From: Candidatus Daviesbacteria bacterium
GTDB taxonomy: Bacteria > Patescibacteriota > Microgenomatia > Daviesbacterales > UBA10151
Length of the DNA stretch: 64,000 bases
Direction of reading: 5' to 3'
Assembly: GCA_016184225.1 (NCBI GenBank)
Contig: JACPDA010000004.1
Location: forward strand, 279,927 to 343,926
The notes under the pieces are model-generated. The model had not been told where the DNA came from and ran no database searches. It saw only the letters and a program-made list of their open reading frames with translations. Position numbers and translations under genes: made by a program. Shown here in pieces: positions 44,248-53,548 of this stretch; positions within the stretch are counted from its first letter, which is position 1; each line of letters starts with the position of its first letter.

Positions 44248-45881
44248 CTTTTCACCAGATGGTTTAGGGAATATTCCAGGGTGGCATCGACTTTTTTATG
44301 GGGATTAAAAATATCATTGGGATCAAAGATTTTCTTAACTTCTTTAAATAATTCATAAACTTTTTTACCGTACATTTTCTCCAAATATGATCCCCGGACT
44401 AGGCCGTCGTTATGCTCGGCGGTCATAGAGCCTTTATATTCAAAAACTAGGGTATATACTTTCTGAGCGAGCTCCGGTATGGCCTGTATAACCCGGGGGT
44501 CTTTCATATCCACCAAAGGAATGATATGGAAATTACCATTGCCGATGTGGCCGGCAATGGTATAGGTCATAAATTTTTTGTAAGGCTTTAAAATATGTTG
44601 GAGTTTAGGTAAGAATTCCGGCAAAAAGCGTGGTTGGACTATAATGTCATCAATAAAAGGGGCGGTTCGTTTACTGCCGGCATGGTGGCGGAATAAGTTA
44701 AAGCTTTCCCGCCTGACTGTCAGATACTTTTTTTCATCATCCTCGTCTCGGGTAATCCTGGATTTAACATGAAAATGCTTTATAGCTTTTTGAGCTGCCA
44801 AACACTTTTCAGCTACTTCTTCTTCGCTGTCGCCGGTAAATTCAGCCAATAGAATTAATTTGGGGAAGCCATGCTGCAAAGTCATGTAGGCTTCCGGGAT
44901 AAAATTCCAGGCTAGGGTGAGCAGATTTTTAGGATGGATAACATTAAGTAGCTCTGCCCAGAATTTAACAGCAAAACGGAAAGTTTGGTCGTCATAGCTT
45001 TCAAAGCTCTCCGGGGCAAATTTCAAGACCTCCTCTACTATCTCACCTAGATGGCTGATGTTATACAAAAAGATTACCAGCAGTTTGGTATGCTTTTTAG
45101 GTTGGATCAGCCTGAATTTAATTTCAGTAACAATACCCAGAGTGCCCTGGGCGCCGCAGATAAGCTTACTTAGGTTAAAAGTTTGGCCGTCCCAGATTTT
45201 CCAAAGCAGGTAGCCGGCAGCATTTTTGGATACTTTGGGCTCGGCAGTCTGAATTAACTCCTGATGTTGAGTAACTAATTTATACACATCCCGGTAGATT
45301 TCTCCCTCGAAGTTTTTTTGAGCAATTTTTTTATTCAGTTCTTCTTTATTGAGAGGCTCAAAAGTGTACTCATTGCCATCAGAAAGGATGACTTTAAGGC
45401 TTTGAACGAATTTTTCCGTTTGGCCAAAAATCAGTGTTTTTTCCCCCGCAGAGTTATTATTAACCATGCCCCCCAGAGTACATATTTCTTTTGAGGCAGG
45501 GTAAGTTGGCAGCAGCAGGTCTTTTTTTAAAGTTTCCGGTTCAAAGTCACGGTAGAAAACTCCAGGCTCTACTGTAGCAGAGTCAGGTTCTATCTTCAAA
45601 ATTTTATTAAAGTGTTTGGTCATATCTAAAATCAGGGAGTCGCTGATGGCGGCTCCGGACATATCAGTGCCGCCGGAGCGGATAGTCAAGGATAAATGCT
45701 CCCCAGGATTGTCTGTTGCAAATTTAACTAATTTTTTAATATCCTCAGCATTTTCTGGATATATAACTGCTTGGGGTTGAATCTGAAAAAAAGAGGCATC
45801 TTTGCTGTAAATTGTTAAAGTTTCGCTATCATCGAAAACTTCACCTTCAACTATTTTATGTAGATCATCCTTTAGGGACAT
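44244..45881 (-). CDS. FAD-linked oxidase (GlcD/D-lactate dehydrogenase family)
   Basis: FAD_binding_4 motif (…RSGGTDMSGAAIS…) plus C-terminal FAD-oxidase_C domain. Start set at the second Met (track start 45935 would overlap the divergent trxB-like gene). Confidence 0.7.
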   Translation of the reverse strand: MSLKDDLHKIVEGEVFDDSETLTIYSKDASFFQIQPQAVIYPENAEDIKKLVKFATDNPGEHLSLTIRSGGTDMSGAAISDSLILDMTKHFNKILKIEPDSATVEPGVFYRDFEPETLKKDLLLPTYPASKEICTLGGMVNNNSAGEKTLIFGQTEKFVQSLKVILSDGNEYTFEPLNKEELNKKIAQKNFEGEIYRDVYKLVTQHQELIQTAEPKVSKNAAGYLLWKIWDGQTFNLSKLICGAQGTLGIVTEIKFRLIQPKKHTKLLVIFLYNISHLGEIVEEVLKFAPESFESYDDQTFRFAVKFWAELLNVIHPKNLLTLAWNFIPEAYMTLQHGFPKLILLAEFTGDSEEEVAEKCLAAQKAIKHFHVKSRITRDEDDEKKYLTVRRESFNLFRHHAGSKRTAPFIDDIIVQPRFLPEFLPKLQHILKPYKKFMTYTIAGHIGNGNFHIIPLVDMKDPRVIQAIPELAQKVYTLVFEYKGSMTAEHNDGLVRGSYLEKMYGKKVYELFKEVKKIFDPNDIFNPHKKVDATLEYSLNHLVKS

Positions 45882-45903
45882 AAAATTATGGTAACATATT
45901 TTT

Positions 45904-46848
45904 ATGGACCAAAATCTGCCCGATATTTTTGACACAATTATTATTGGTGGAGGAGCTTCGGGGATTACTGCAGCAATTTATGCGGTCAGAAAAAATTTAA
46001 AAGTTTTAATGTTAACCAAGAATATCGGAGGGCAAGCAGCTCTTTCAGGGGACGTAGAAAATTATCCGGGATACAGCATGATTTCAGGTGAAGAGCTGGC
46101 CAGAAAATTTGGAGCAGAACTTTTAAGCTTTAAAGGTAAAGGACTGTGGGTTAAAGAAGGATTAGAAGTGACAGATATATCCGGAGCAGTACCAAATTTT
46201 TCAGTTAAGATATCTGACGGAGAAGAATTTCACTCAAAAACCGTAATTATAGCTTCCGGAAGGATTCCCCGGATGCTCGGGATTTCCGGGGAAAAGGAAC
46301 TTTTGGGTAAGGGGGTAAGTACTTGTGCCACCAATAACTCCCCTTTTTTTAAAGATAAAGATGTGGCTGTAGTGGGTGGGGGGAATTGTGCTTTAGATGC
46401 GGCATTTTCACTGATTAAAGTGGCCCGCACTGTTACCATGATTAACATTACTGATTCGCTAAGTGGTGATGCTATATTAATGAACAATGTTACTTCTTCG
46501 GAAAAAGTCAAGGTTTTAAATAATCATGAGGCGGTGGAAATTCTAGGAGATGCATCTGTAGGTGGTATTAAAATTATAGATAAGCTGACTAAGAAAGAGC
46601 AAATTCTGCCTGTTTCCGGAGTATTTATCGAAATTGGCTGGACTCCTTCGGCGCCGTTTGATAAGCTAACCGAAAAAAATGAAAAAGGAGAAATTAAAGT
46701 TGACCAGTTCGGTGCAAGTTCCGTGCCGGGTATTTTTGCCTGTGGGGATGTCAATGATCAGGTAGGCGAACAGATTGTAATCGCAGCAGGTGAAGGCGCA
46801 AAAACAGCTTTAAAAGTAGCAGAATATATCTCCAAACTTCCAAATTAG
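45904..46848 (+). CDS. thioredoxin-reductase-like FAD/NAD(P) oxidoreductase lacking the second redox cysteine
   Basis: Two Rossmann motifs (IIGGGASGITAA; VAVVGGGNCALDAA). TrxB-like GVSTCATNNSPFF where canonical TrxB has CATC, so only one Cys. Confidence 0.65.
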   Translation: MDQNLPDIFDTIIIGGGASGITAAIYAVRKNLKVLMLTKNIGGQAALSGDVENYPGYSMISGEELARKFGAELLSFKGKGLWVKEGLEVTDISGAVPNFSVKISDGEEFHSKTVIIASGRIPRMLGISGEKELLGKGVSTCATNNSPFFKDKDVAVVGGGNCALDAAFSLIKVARTVTMINITDSLSGDAILMNNVTSSEKVKVLNNHEAVEILGDASVGGIKIIDKLTKKEQILPVSGVFIEIGWTPSAPFDKLTEKNEKGEIKVDQFGASSVPGIFACGDVNDQVGEQIVIAAGEGAKTALKVAEYISKLPN

Positions 46849-47567
46849 CGGACAACTACCCGGGTGCCAGGATTTTCCGGGGTGGCCCTGACTGAATTTT
46901 CTCCTGCAGGTACAACCGGTCCGGCCCAATCAAAAATCTGGGCAGCACTGGCAAGGGGAGAGTTAACACAGCCATGGCTCATGGGATGGCCGAAATTATT
47001 ATGCCAGTAAGCCCCATGGATAGCATAGCCTTGGTAGAAAAACATATTATTTGGCACATTCGGAAGGTTATAATAAGTCCCCAAGTCTTGTGAACCCCCT
47101 TTCATGGTTTGATTCTTGGTCTTGTACCAGATGTTGAAAGTTCCCTTTGGAGTGGGAGACCAAAGACCGGAGGAAATAGGGAACTCCATGACTAATTTAT
47201 TTCCTTCCCAAGCCCTAACTCTCTGTTCGTCTAGCGAAACTTCAATCCATTTTTCCTCTCCGGCGGCATTGGTTGTGCCGAGCACTGCTTCATCAGAGCT
47301 TGGCTGCTGTGCCATGGCACGGGTATAGCTGTAAGCTAAGGAGGTTTTTGGATAATCGATGACCTGGTTATTAAAAATAGCCATAGATGCTTCTTCATCA
47401 AATCTCCCGTCGGTTTTTGCTACAGTGTCAGCATCGCAACAGGAGGTAGTGGGGTCACCGGAGATATTTAACTTATATACAATAGTTCGTCTGATTGATT
47501 GAAAATTAAACGTGATAAAAGTAATTACAGATATTAAAAGCAATAGAGGTATTAGACGGTGCAGCAT
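46845..47567 (-). CDS. L,D-transpeptidase (YkuD domain)
   Basis: N-terminal TM; catalytic motif HGAYWHNNFGHPMSHGCVNSP (H…SHGC). Confidence 0.75.
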   Translation of the reverse strand: MLHRLIPLLLLISVITFITFNFQSIRRTIVYKLNISGDPTTSCCDADTVAKTDGRFDEEASMAIFNNQVIDYPKTSLAYSYTRAMAQQPSSDEAVLGTTNAAGEEKWIEVSLDEQRVRAWEGNKLVMEFPISSGLWSPTPKGTFNIWYKTKNQTMKGGSQDLGTYYNLPNVPNNMFFYQGYAIHGAYWHNNFGHPMSHGCVNSPLASAAQIFDWAGPVVPAGENSVRATPENPGTRVVVR

Positions 47568-47667
47568 GAGCTTAGCGTGCCGTCTTTCACACTATTTTTA
47601 TTGTGAGGCAGTTTCAGTATAGACGTCAAGAGGCAGTTTGCAGAATCTGATATGATTAAGAGCCCTC

Positions 47668-48582
47668 ATGAAAAAGTTTACTGTTTTAACCGGCATCCTG
47701 ATGGTGTTAATTTCGGCTGCTGCAATATATTCCCCCTTTAGTAAAAGATCGGTTCAGTTAATCTCTCCGGTCATAAAACAGGAAAGCATATTGGGGATTA
47801 ACCAGTGGTTTCCGGGAAGGGAGAATGGTCAAACAAACGCCCCGGAGATTAGTGCCAAAGCAGCTTTATTTGTAGATACCAAAAGTGGGGAAGTGCTTTA
47901 TTCAAAAAACATCCACGACAAGCTACCAATTGCCTCTTTGGTTAAAATTATGACTGTACTGGTGACTTTGGAGCACAAAAACATGGATGATAAATTTACC
48001 GTTAGCCAGCGCGCCGCTGCTATGGAGCCGGATAAGATGTTGCTAATTGCAGGCGAGAGGTTAACTTTGAAAGAGCTTTTGGATGGGATCTTTTTGATTT
48101 CAGCAAATGATGGCGCAGAAGTTTTGGCAGAGGGAACAACGGGTGACAGGAGCCAATTTTTGAAACTGATGAATGATAAGGTAAAGCAACTGGGTATGAA
48201 AGACACTTTTTTTGCTAATCCAACAGGCTTAGATGAGGACTCCGGTAATTCATACTCAAGCGCTTATGACCTGATCATTTTGACCAGATATTTAATCCGC
48301 CGTTTTCCGGAAGTAGTGGATATTTCCAAAACAGAGCATATTTATTTGCCAAAAACGCAGGAACACCAGGATTATGATATGTATTCCGGAATAAATCTGC
48401 TGACTACTTACCCGGGGGTGATGGGTTTTAAAACAGGTTTCACCCCGGAGGCAGGGTTAACTTTAATCACTTTGGCCAGAAAAAATAATCATGAAGTAAT
48501 AGGGGTACTCCTGGGATCGCAGTCCAGACGTGATGAAACCCGGGACCTTTTAGATTATTCATTTGAAAAGTTAGGCAATTAA
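47668..48582 (+). CDS. D-alanyl-D-alanine carboxypeptidase (peptidase S11), copy 2
   Basis: SxxK ASLVK, SGN-like SANDGA, KTG (FKTGFT). Extended -10 TGaTATGAT at 47648-47656. Confidence 0.8.
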   Translation: MKKFTVLTGILMVLISAAAIYSPFSKRSVQLISPVIKQESILGINQWFPGRENGQTNAPEISAKAALFVDTKSGEVLYSKNIHDKLPIASLVKIMTVLVTLEHKNMDDKFTVSQRAAAMEPDKMLLIAGERLTLKELLDGIFLISANDGAEVLAEGTTGDRSQFLKLMNDKVKQLGMKDTFFANPTGLDEDSGNSYSSAYDLIILTRYLIRRFPEVVDISKTEHIYLPKTQEHQDYDMYSGINLLTTYPGVMGFKTGFTPEAGLTLITLARKNNHEVIGVLLGSQSRRDETRDLLDYSFEKLGN

Positions 48583-48658
48583 TTTGTTTCATTTTTCTCA
48601 CGGTCGGAGGATATTTGAAATAGTGGAAAAAAGTTTGGGGCGGTAGTATGCTGGAAGC

Positions 48659-48793
48659 ATGATTAGAAAGGTAAGAGAAGGGTACAGGGTCCTGGCTGAA
48701 AGCGGTAGGAATATGGGAACTTATCCTACTCGTGAGCAAGCAAAAGTGCGTCTTCGCCAGATTGAAATGTTCAAACACATGAAGAAAAAATAA
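48659..48793 (+). CDS. possible small basic protein (44 aa), doubtful
   Basis: ORF MIRKVREGYRVLAESGRNMGTYPTREQAKVRLRQIEMFKHMKKK. Weak RBS. Its stop abuts the left GGTACC element. Confidence 0.25.
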   Translation: MIRKVREGYRVLAESGRNMGTYPTREQAKVRLRQIEMFKHMKKK

Positions 48794-48794
48794 T

Positions 48795-48830
48795 GGTACC
48801 AAAATTACGCAATTGCGTACAAATGGTACC
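48795..48830. repeat. 36-bp element GGTACC-N24-GGTACC, left copy, abutting the 3' end of the PaaX-like gene
   Basis: GGTACCAAAATTACGCAATTGCGTACAAATGGTACC; centre contains the perfect 12-bp palindrome ACGCAATTGCGT. Confidence 0.8.
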
Positions 48831-48831
48831 A

Positions 48832-49416
48832 TTAAAATCCGAAATATTGTTTGTAAAAAGGCTCATTTTCCAGCTTATTAACTTCTAAAAGTAGAACCTC
48901 CTCGCTAAGATTAAAGTATTCCCTAAGATACTCGATTTCGCCGGTGCATTTATATGGTGTTAAGTAGACGGATTTTTGTAGAGGGAAGAAATTAATTTGT
49001 TTTAAAACTCTTCTGAAATTTTCTTGTGCGGATTTTTTTAATTTGCTTATATCGTAGATTACTAACCGCCATTTCCCATCCCATGATTTTCCTTTTAAAG
49101 AAAGTTCTTCTAATTTAAATCTTAGATATTTTGTGCGACCTTTTTGGGTTAATTTAATGACATCTTGTCCATCTTCATCAACAATTTCTACTACTTTTTG
49201 ATCATGCAGACGTTTTAAATTTCTCTTGAGTAATTTAAGATTAAATTTCTTCCACTCTCTTTGACTTTGTTCCCAGTCATGTTTTCTTTTGACTCTATAT
49301 AATGCCCCTGCCGCTGCTCCCAGACCAGGCGTGATGATAGATCCGGCCAGTAATGCGCCCATACCTAATAGATAAAGAATTTCTTTAGAACTTGGATACT
49401 GACTTTTTTGACTCAT
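48832..49416 (-). CDS. PaaX-family transcriptional regulator-like protein with N-terminal hydrophobic segment
   Basis: wHTH wing (…IKLTQKGRTKYLR…) followed by WDGKWRLVIYDIS…QKSVYL, matching the PaaX core (WDGKWLLLL… in E. coli PaaX). An unusual predicted TM helix at residues ~15-35. Confidence 0.55.
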   Translation of the reverse strand: MSQKSQYPSSKEILYLLGMGALLAGSIITPGLGAAAGALYRVKRKHDWEQSQREWKKFNLKLLKRNLKRLHDQKVVEIVDEDGQDVIKLTQKGRTKYLRFKLEELSLKGKSWDGKWRLVIYDISKLKKSAQENFRRVLKQINFFPLQKSVYLTPYKCTGEIEYLREYFNLSEEVLLLEVNKLENEPFYKQYFGF

Positions 49417-49434
49417 TTATTCAATTAGATCATT

Positions 49435-49470
49435 GGTACCAAAAATTCGCAATAGCGAAAAAGTGGTACC
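49435..49470. repeat. 36-bp element GGTACC-N24-GGTACC, right copy, 19 bp upstream of the PaaX-like start codon
   Basis: GGTACCAAAAATTCGCAATAGCGAAAAAGTGGTACC; same architecture and ~75% identity to the left copy. Confidence 0.8.
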
Positions 49471-49553
49471 TATGGAAAAAGATATTAGATATAGAGTATT
49501 ATGAAACAAGGAAAAGGTTTAAGAAAGGTTTTTGTCTCCAAATAAGAAAAAAT

Positions 49554-49826
49554 ATGTTGGGATTTAGTAAAAAAAGATTTTTGGTCACTTTGGGACTAGG
49601 GGTGTTGGTGTGGTTGATATCAGGGGTGATACAGGCACTCACGGGATTCTCTAATTATTTTAAAGTCTTTCATTCATGCAGTTTGACAGGTTATCCCATT
49701 GCTCTATGTATTTCTAGTAACAATCAAGCTAAAGTAATTTTAGTATCTATAGTGAATATTACTCTATGGTTTTGGGTTATCCATTTATTTTGGAGCTGGT
49801 TTGAGAAACGTCGCAATCAGGCCTAA
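49554..49826 (+). CDS. possible small membrane protein (90 aa), doubtful
   Basis: Hydrophobic ORF. Its 3' end overlaps the convergent lipase gene by ~40 nt. No RBS. Confidence 0.25.
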   Translation: MLGFSKKRFLVTLGLGVLVWLISGVIQALTGFSNYFKVFHSCSLTGYPIALCISSNNQAKVILVSIVNITLWFWVIHLFWSWFEKRRNQA

Positions 49827-52733
49827 AGATGCCAGTGTAACTATCCCCCCGGAAGCCAGCAATAAGCCGCCCAGGATTTGATCTACAGGATTTGTTTTTG
49901 AAGGAGTTAATTTTTTCTGCTGGTCCAGCAGGCCGGAAATGTTTATCTGGTCGGAGATTTGGTTGGGCTTTTCAAAAGTCATACCTAAGACTGCAGGGGG
50001 AGATGTTATAGAATCTTGAGATTGCTTTGTCGGATCACCTCTTGAATTCACACCGGGGGTGAGCTTTGACTCCCCCGGTGTGTTGGCTACAGTTGTACTT
50101 ACCTCCGAGGTGTTTGCTGTTGTGGTGGAAGCTGGAGTTGGTGTAGGGGTAGGAGTGGGTTGGGCAGTGATTTGGATGGTAACAGTTTGCGGAATTTCCT
50201 CATTGCCGGTATTATCAATTGCTTTAACCTGAACATTAGTAGTTCCGGAATTTGAAACAGTAAATGGGTCAGTATATGTTTGGACAGTCTGGCCGTTATT
50301 TAAGCTGTATTCAATACTTAAAATTCCGGAGCCGGTGTCACTGCCGGTTAAAGTGACGGTAACAGGGCCGGTATAAGTTCCGGAAGCATCTTGTGTGCCG
50401 GAATTTTGAATAGTAGTAGCTGGCGGTGTTTGGTCTGTGGCCGCGTTCCCGCTGACCTCGCTGGTTGGGGTAACTGTACTGCTGTCAGGTTTTGTATCAT
50501 CCGGGTAAAGTGTTAAAGACGGGGAAGTATCAACAGCAGGATCCAAGTCAAACTCAACTTTGCCTTTTTCGTCTAAAGTAATATTTTTATAGATAGTAGT
50601 TTTGGAAATTTTATCAGCCCTGTAAGTACGTTTTTTAACAGCAGTTTTCTTAGAAGTAGTGGCCGGGTTTTTACGGGTGGCTTTGACCTTTACTTTGGAA
50701 GCTTTCTTTTTGACAAAAGCATGTTTGGTTTTACCGGAAGTAGTACAGGTTACCTCCGGAATATTTTCTTCCATTTCCCCGTTGGAATTTAAGCCGCAGT
50801 GGCGGTTACTTTCATCATATAAATCCAGCTCCCCGTCATCCAGGGAAATTTGTTCTCCCTCCAGATATATTTTCTCATCCTTGACTTCCACCGGTAGGGA
50901 ATTATCGTCATTTAAAATTGACCTGACAGTCTGCATTGCGGTTCCGTTACTGGAAACTAAGTCAGAATGTTTTTGTTCCACATAATAAATTTTAAATGCG
51001 CCGGAAATATCTAAGCTCTCATTTTTAAGAGAGGCGCTATACAGCGGAACGGTTTCATCTCCATTTATGAAAACCTCATCTGTTTTAGGAATTAAATTAA
51101 TGGGCCAAGTAACCCACCATGTTTCATGGATTTGCCCAAGGGTAGGTTGCGCAGTGCCTACTATTTCATAAATCTTTGCACCATTTGTTTGATTAAATAC
51201 AGTATCGATTAAAGTGTGAAATTCTTCTCCGATACTAAAAACTGACATGTTATGCCCCATATTGGATAAGAGGCTTTTAGCTTGGTTGAAATTCAATGCG
51301 CCCACCACTAGATTATTGTCAATATCCCTATCGTCTTTGTATGGATAAGGAATAGTTTCATCTGTGTTGCTATAAAAATCGTAATATTTTGAAGATGGTA
51401 TCAACTCAAAGATGCTAGGTAGATTTTGAGCATTATCTTTGGTTTCACTAGGAGGAATACCGAGTGTAAATAACTTAAAATCATAACCTAACCATGATCC
51501 ATATCTTAATGTCTTCACGCTATCTACAGCCCCCAGATGTGGCACCCCCAGCTCAATCAATAAATTTACCTTAGCAGCTTTGGCTGCATCTGAAATATAA
51601 TACCTGGCAACCAGGCCGCCCATGGAATGGACTACCAGATTAACCTTGGACTGTCCCGAGGCTGTTTTAGCTGTTTCAATTAAAGCATCTAAACCATCTT
51701 TAGTACTCCTGATATCTTTTCTCCAGTCATAGGGAAAGATAAAAAAATTGGTCCCTTTGACATACCCCATGTCAGTAAAAAATGAATCTATATCTGAATA
51801 CCCGAAAGAAGTTAAGTTTCCGGTTAAACTTAAATCCGCTTCCGGAGTCACCCCATCTGCTTTTAACTTTAAAACATCAAAATAATCGTCATTACCTAAC
51901 TGGGCAGCCTGATCCTGGTTAACCCAAATTTTTTCATTGCCGGAATAAGCGTGAGAATAAATCCCCCCGTGACCGTCTTGGGCTGACCAGAAAATATCCT
52001 GGGAAGCTTTCATTTCCGACCCGCCGATGCCGGGGATAAAAATTACCGGCAACCGGGGAGGCGGGGCGTTATTGTTTAAGACAAAATACAAATCATCAGC
52101 AGCAGAGGTAAAAATATTACAGTTTGAATTGGCTGTTTGAGAATTCCAGGTATAAGAGGCAGCATTACAGGAGCTGTTGTCAAAAGAATACCTAAGCCCT
52201 CCGCCGCTGAACCGGTCAGATCCGCCGTGGCCGCCAGCTCCATAAGCAGAAGAAGCAAATTTGATCCTCTTGCCGCCATATTGCGCCATGTTGGCATTTG
52301 AAATAAGTATTAAGTACCTATGTCCGGGGATAAAGTTATAATTTCTGCAGCTAAAGTCAATTGATACATCTTCAAATCCGGAAGGGACATTATCCGTGGA
52401 AAAGGTTAAACCCCTTAAGGGATCGCTGGGGTTGGCTCCGGTAGGGACACAACCGCTGATATAAGAGTTGCCGTTATCTTTATCATAAATACGGCTGTTT
52501 TGGGCAGTATAATCAAACTGGTTTAGGTTGGTGCTCGTGGTAGCAACCCTGAAGGTAAAAGTTTGGGCTGTGCCGGATAAGTTATTGCCCAGTTCCTGGA
52601 TAGTCCGCCAGACACTTAACTGATCGCTCCAAACCCCTGTTTGTTCTGCTATGGAAACAGCTTGGACTTTGGAAGTGAAAGCCACAAAAAGCCCCACCAT
52701 AAAAATAAGCCCCAGATATAGGCAGAATGGCAT
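49785..52733 (-). CDS. large cell-surface alpha/beta-hydrolase (LCAT/PGAP1-like lipase/esterase) with Ig-like domain, PT-rich linker and C-terminal membrane anchor
   Basis: Signal peptide. Unknown Gly-rich N-domain. Lipase core LPVIFIPGIGGSE…VNLVVHSMGGLV (GxSxG). Chitobiase/Ig-like block (…TGSDTGSGILSIEYSLNNGQ…). (PT)n linker. C-terminal hydrophobic helix + KPAPK, not LPXTG. Confidence 0.7.
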   Translation of the reverse strand: MPFCLYLGLIFMVGLFVAFTSKVQAVSIAEQTGVWSDQLSVWRTIQELGNNLSGTAQTFTFRVATTSTNLNQFDYTAQNSRIYDKDNGNSYISGCVPTGANPSDPLRGLTFSTDNVPSGFEDVSIDFSCRNYNFIPGHRYLILISNANMAQYGGKRIKFASSAYGAGGHGGSDRFSGGGLRYSFDNSSCNAASYTWNSQTANSNCNIFTSAADDLYFVLNNNAPPPRLPVIFIPGIGGSEMKASQDIFWSAQDGHGGIYSHAYSGNEKIWVNQDQAAQLGNDDYFDVLKLKADGVTPEADLSLTGNLTSFGYSDIDSFFTDMGYVKGTNFFIFPYDWRKDIRSTKDGLDALIETAKTASGQSKVNLVVHSMGGLVARYYISDAAKAAKVNLLIELGVPHLGAVDSVKTLRYGSWLGYDFKLFTLGIPPSETKDNAQNLPSIFELIPSSKYYDFYSNTDETIPYPYKDDRDIDNNLVVGALNFNQAKSLLSNMGHNMSVFSIGEEFHTLIDTVFNQTNGAKIYEIVGTAQPTLGQIHETWWVTWPINLIPKTDEVFINGDETVPLYSASLKNESLDISGAFKIYYVEQKHSDLVSSNGTAMQTVRSILNDDNSLPVEVKDEKIYLEGEQISLDDGELDLYDESNRHCGLNSNGEMEENIPEVTCTTSGKTKHAFVKKKASKVKVKATRKNPATTSKKTAVKKRTYRADKISKTTIYKNITLDEKGKVEFDLDPAVDTSPSLTLYPDDTKPDSSTVTPTSEVSGNAATDQTPPATTIQNSGTQDASGTYTGPVTVTLTGSDTGSGILSIEYSLNNGQTVQTYTDPFTVSNSGTTNVQVKAIDNTGNEEIPQTVTIQITAQPTPTPTPTPASTTTANTSEVSTTVANTPGESKLTPGVNSRGDPTKQSQDSITSPPAVLGMTFEKPNQISDQINISGLLDQQKKLTPSKTNPVDQILGGLLLASGGIVTLASLGLIATFLKPAPK

Positions 52734-52799
52734 AAAAGCATTGTTTATCGTGAAAAGGATTAATACAATGTATATTTAAGATGATTTAAGGTAACAAAG

Positions 52800-52808
52800 T
52801 GGTATACT
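52800..52808 (+). promoter_or_regulatory. extended -10 TGgTATACT, 9 nt upstream of the ppiB ATG (leaderless type)
   Basis: TGnTATACT. Confidence 0.4.
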
Positions 52809-52817
52809 GCATCCGTC

Positions 52818-53498
52818 ATGTTTACCAATCAGAAAGTTTTAGGAGTACTTTTAATTGTTTTTATTTTTGGAGCAGGAATTTATTTTACTGTTTCAAGATT
52901 TAAACAAGACGTTAGTAATGTAGCAGCTTCACCTTCTCCTTCCCCTGCAACCATAGATTTTCAATTAACCAAAACTCCTCCGTCTGCCAATGGACAAGTT
53001 CAGCCCGTAGAGTTACCATTGTCCAAAAATAAAAAACTCTCACAATTTCCCGGGACTTTAAAGCCAGATGTTTTAGAGAATAAAAAAGCTATAATTCAAA
53101 CTAATAAAGGTATTATCCAGTTACAAATTTACCCGGAAGCTTCTATGGCTGCTTCTAATTTTATCCTGCTTTCGGCAAACGGTTTTTATGACGGGCTAAC
53201 CTTCCATCGGGTAGAAGATTGGGTAGTCCAGGGTGGTGATCCTGAAGGTACAGGAAGAGGTGGACCCGGCTATCAGTTTCCGGATGAGCCGGTTAAAAGG
53301 CTTTATGTTAAAGGTATAGTTGCCATGGCAAATTCCGGGCCAAACACTAACGGCAGCCAGTTTTTTATCTTAAAGAAAGATACTCCGCTTCCTCCAAACT
53401 ACACAATTTTCGGTGCTGTTATTTCCGGCCAGGATGTAGTGGAGAAGATAACTGCCGGGGACATCATGCAGAAAGTAGTGATCCAAAATCTGCAGTAA
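52818..53498 (+). CDS. ppiB: cyclophilin-type peptidyl-prolyl cis-trans isomerase, membrane-anchored/secreted
   Basis: …FHRVEDWVVQGGDPEGTGRGGPGYQFPDE…MANSGPNTNGSQFFI…. Confidence 0.85.
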   Translation: MFTNQKVLGVLLIVFIFGAGIYFTVSRFKQDVSNVAASPSPSPATIDFQLTKTPPSANGQVQPVELPLSKNKKLSQFPGTLKPDVLENKKAIIQTNKGIIQLQIYPEASMAASNFILLSANGFYDGLTFHRVEDWVVQGGDPEGTGRGGPGYQFPDEPVKRLYVKGIVAMANSGPNTNGSQFFILKKDTPLPPNYTIFGAVISGQDVVEKITAGDIMQKVVIQNLQ

Positions 53499-53531
53499 TT
53501 TTTAAGGTATTGACAGAGTTTCGAAGTGAGT

Positions 53532-53540
53532 TGATAGAAT
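53532..53540 (+). promoter_or_regulatory. extended -10 TGaTAGAAT, 8 nt upstream of the nrdJ ATG; TTGACA at 53510-53515
   Basis: TGnTAGAAT. An upstream TTGACA is spaced slightly long (19 nt). Confidence 0.35.
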
Positions 53541-53548
53541 AGGAAGCC

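Noticed and set aside
44244-45935. Long form of the FAD-linked oxidase, overlapping the divergent trxB-like start by 32 nt
   Set aside because: The second Met gives a canonical GlcD-type N-terminus and removes the overlap. The long form remains possible.
48832-49416. Cas2-like call for the 194-aa protein (LVIYDIS…QKSVYL resembles Cas2 beta1/beta4)
   Set aside because: The WDGKW core and wHTH wing match PaaX-family regulators better. No cas1 or CRISPR array is anywhere in the window.
49392-49553. 5' part of track ORF 49392-49826
   Set aside because: It overlaps the PaaX-like gene start and the right GGTACC element. Only the shorter hydrophobic 3' portion was kept, at low confidence.
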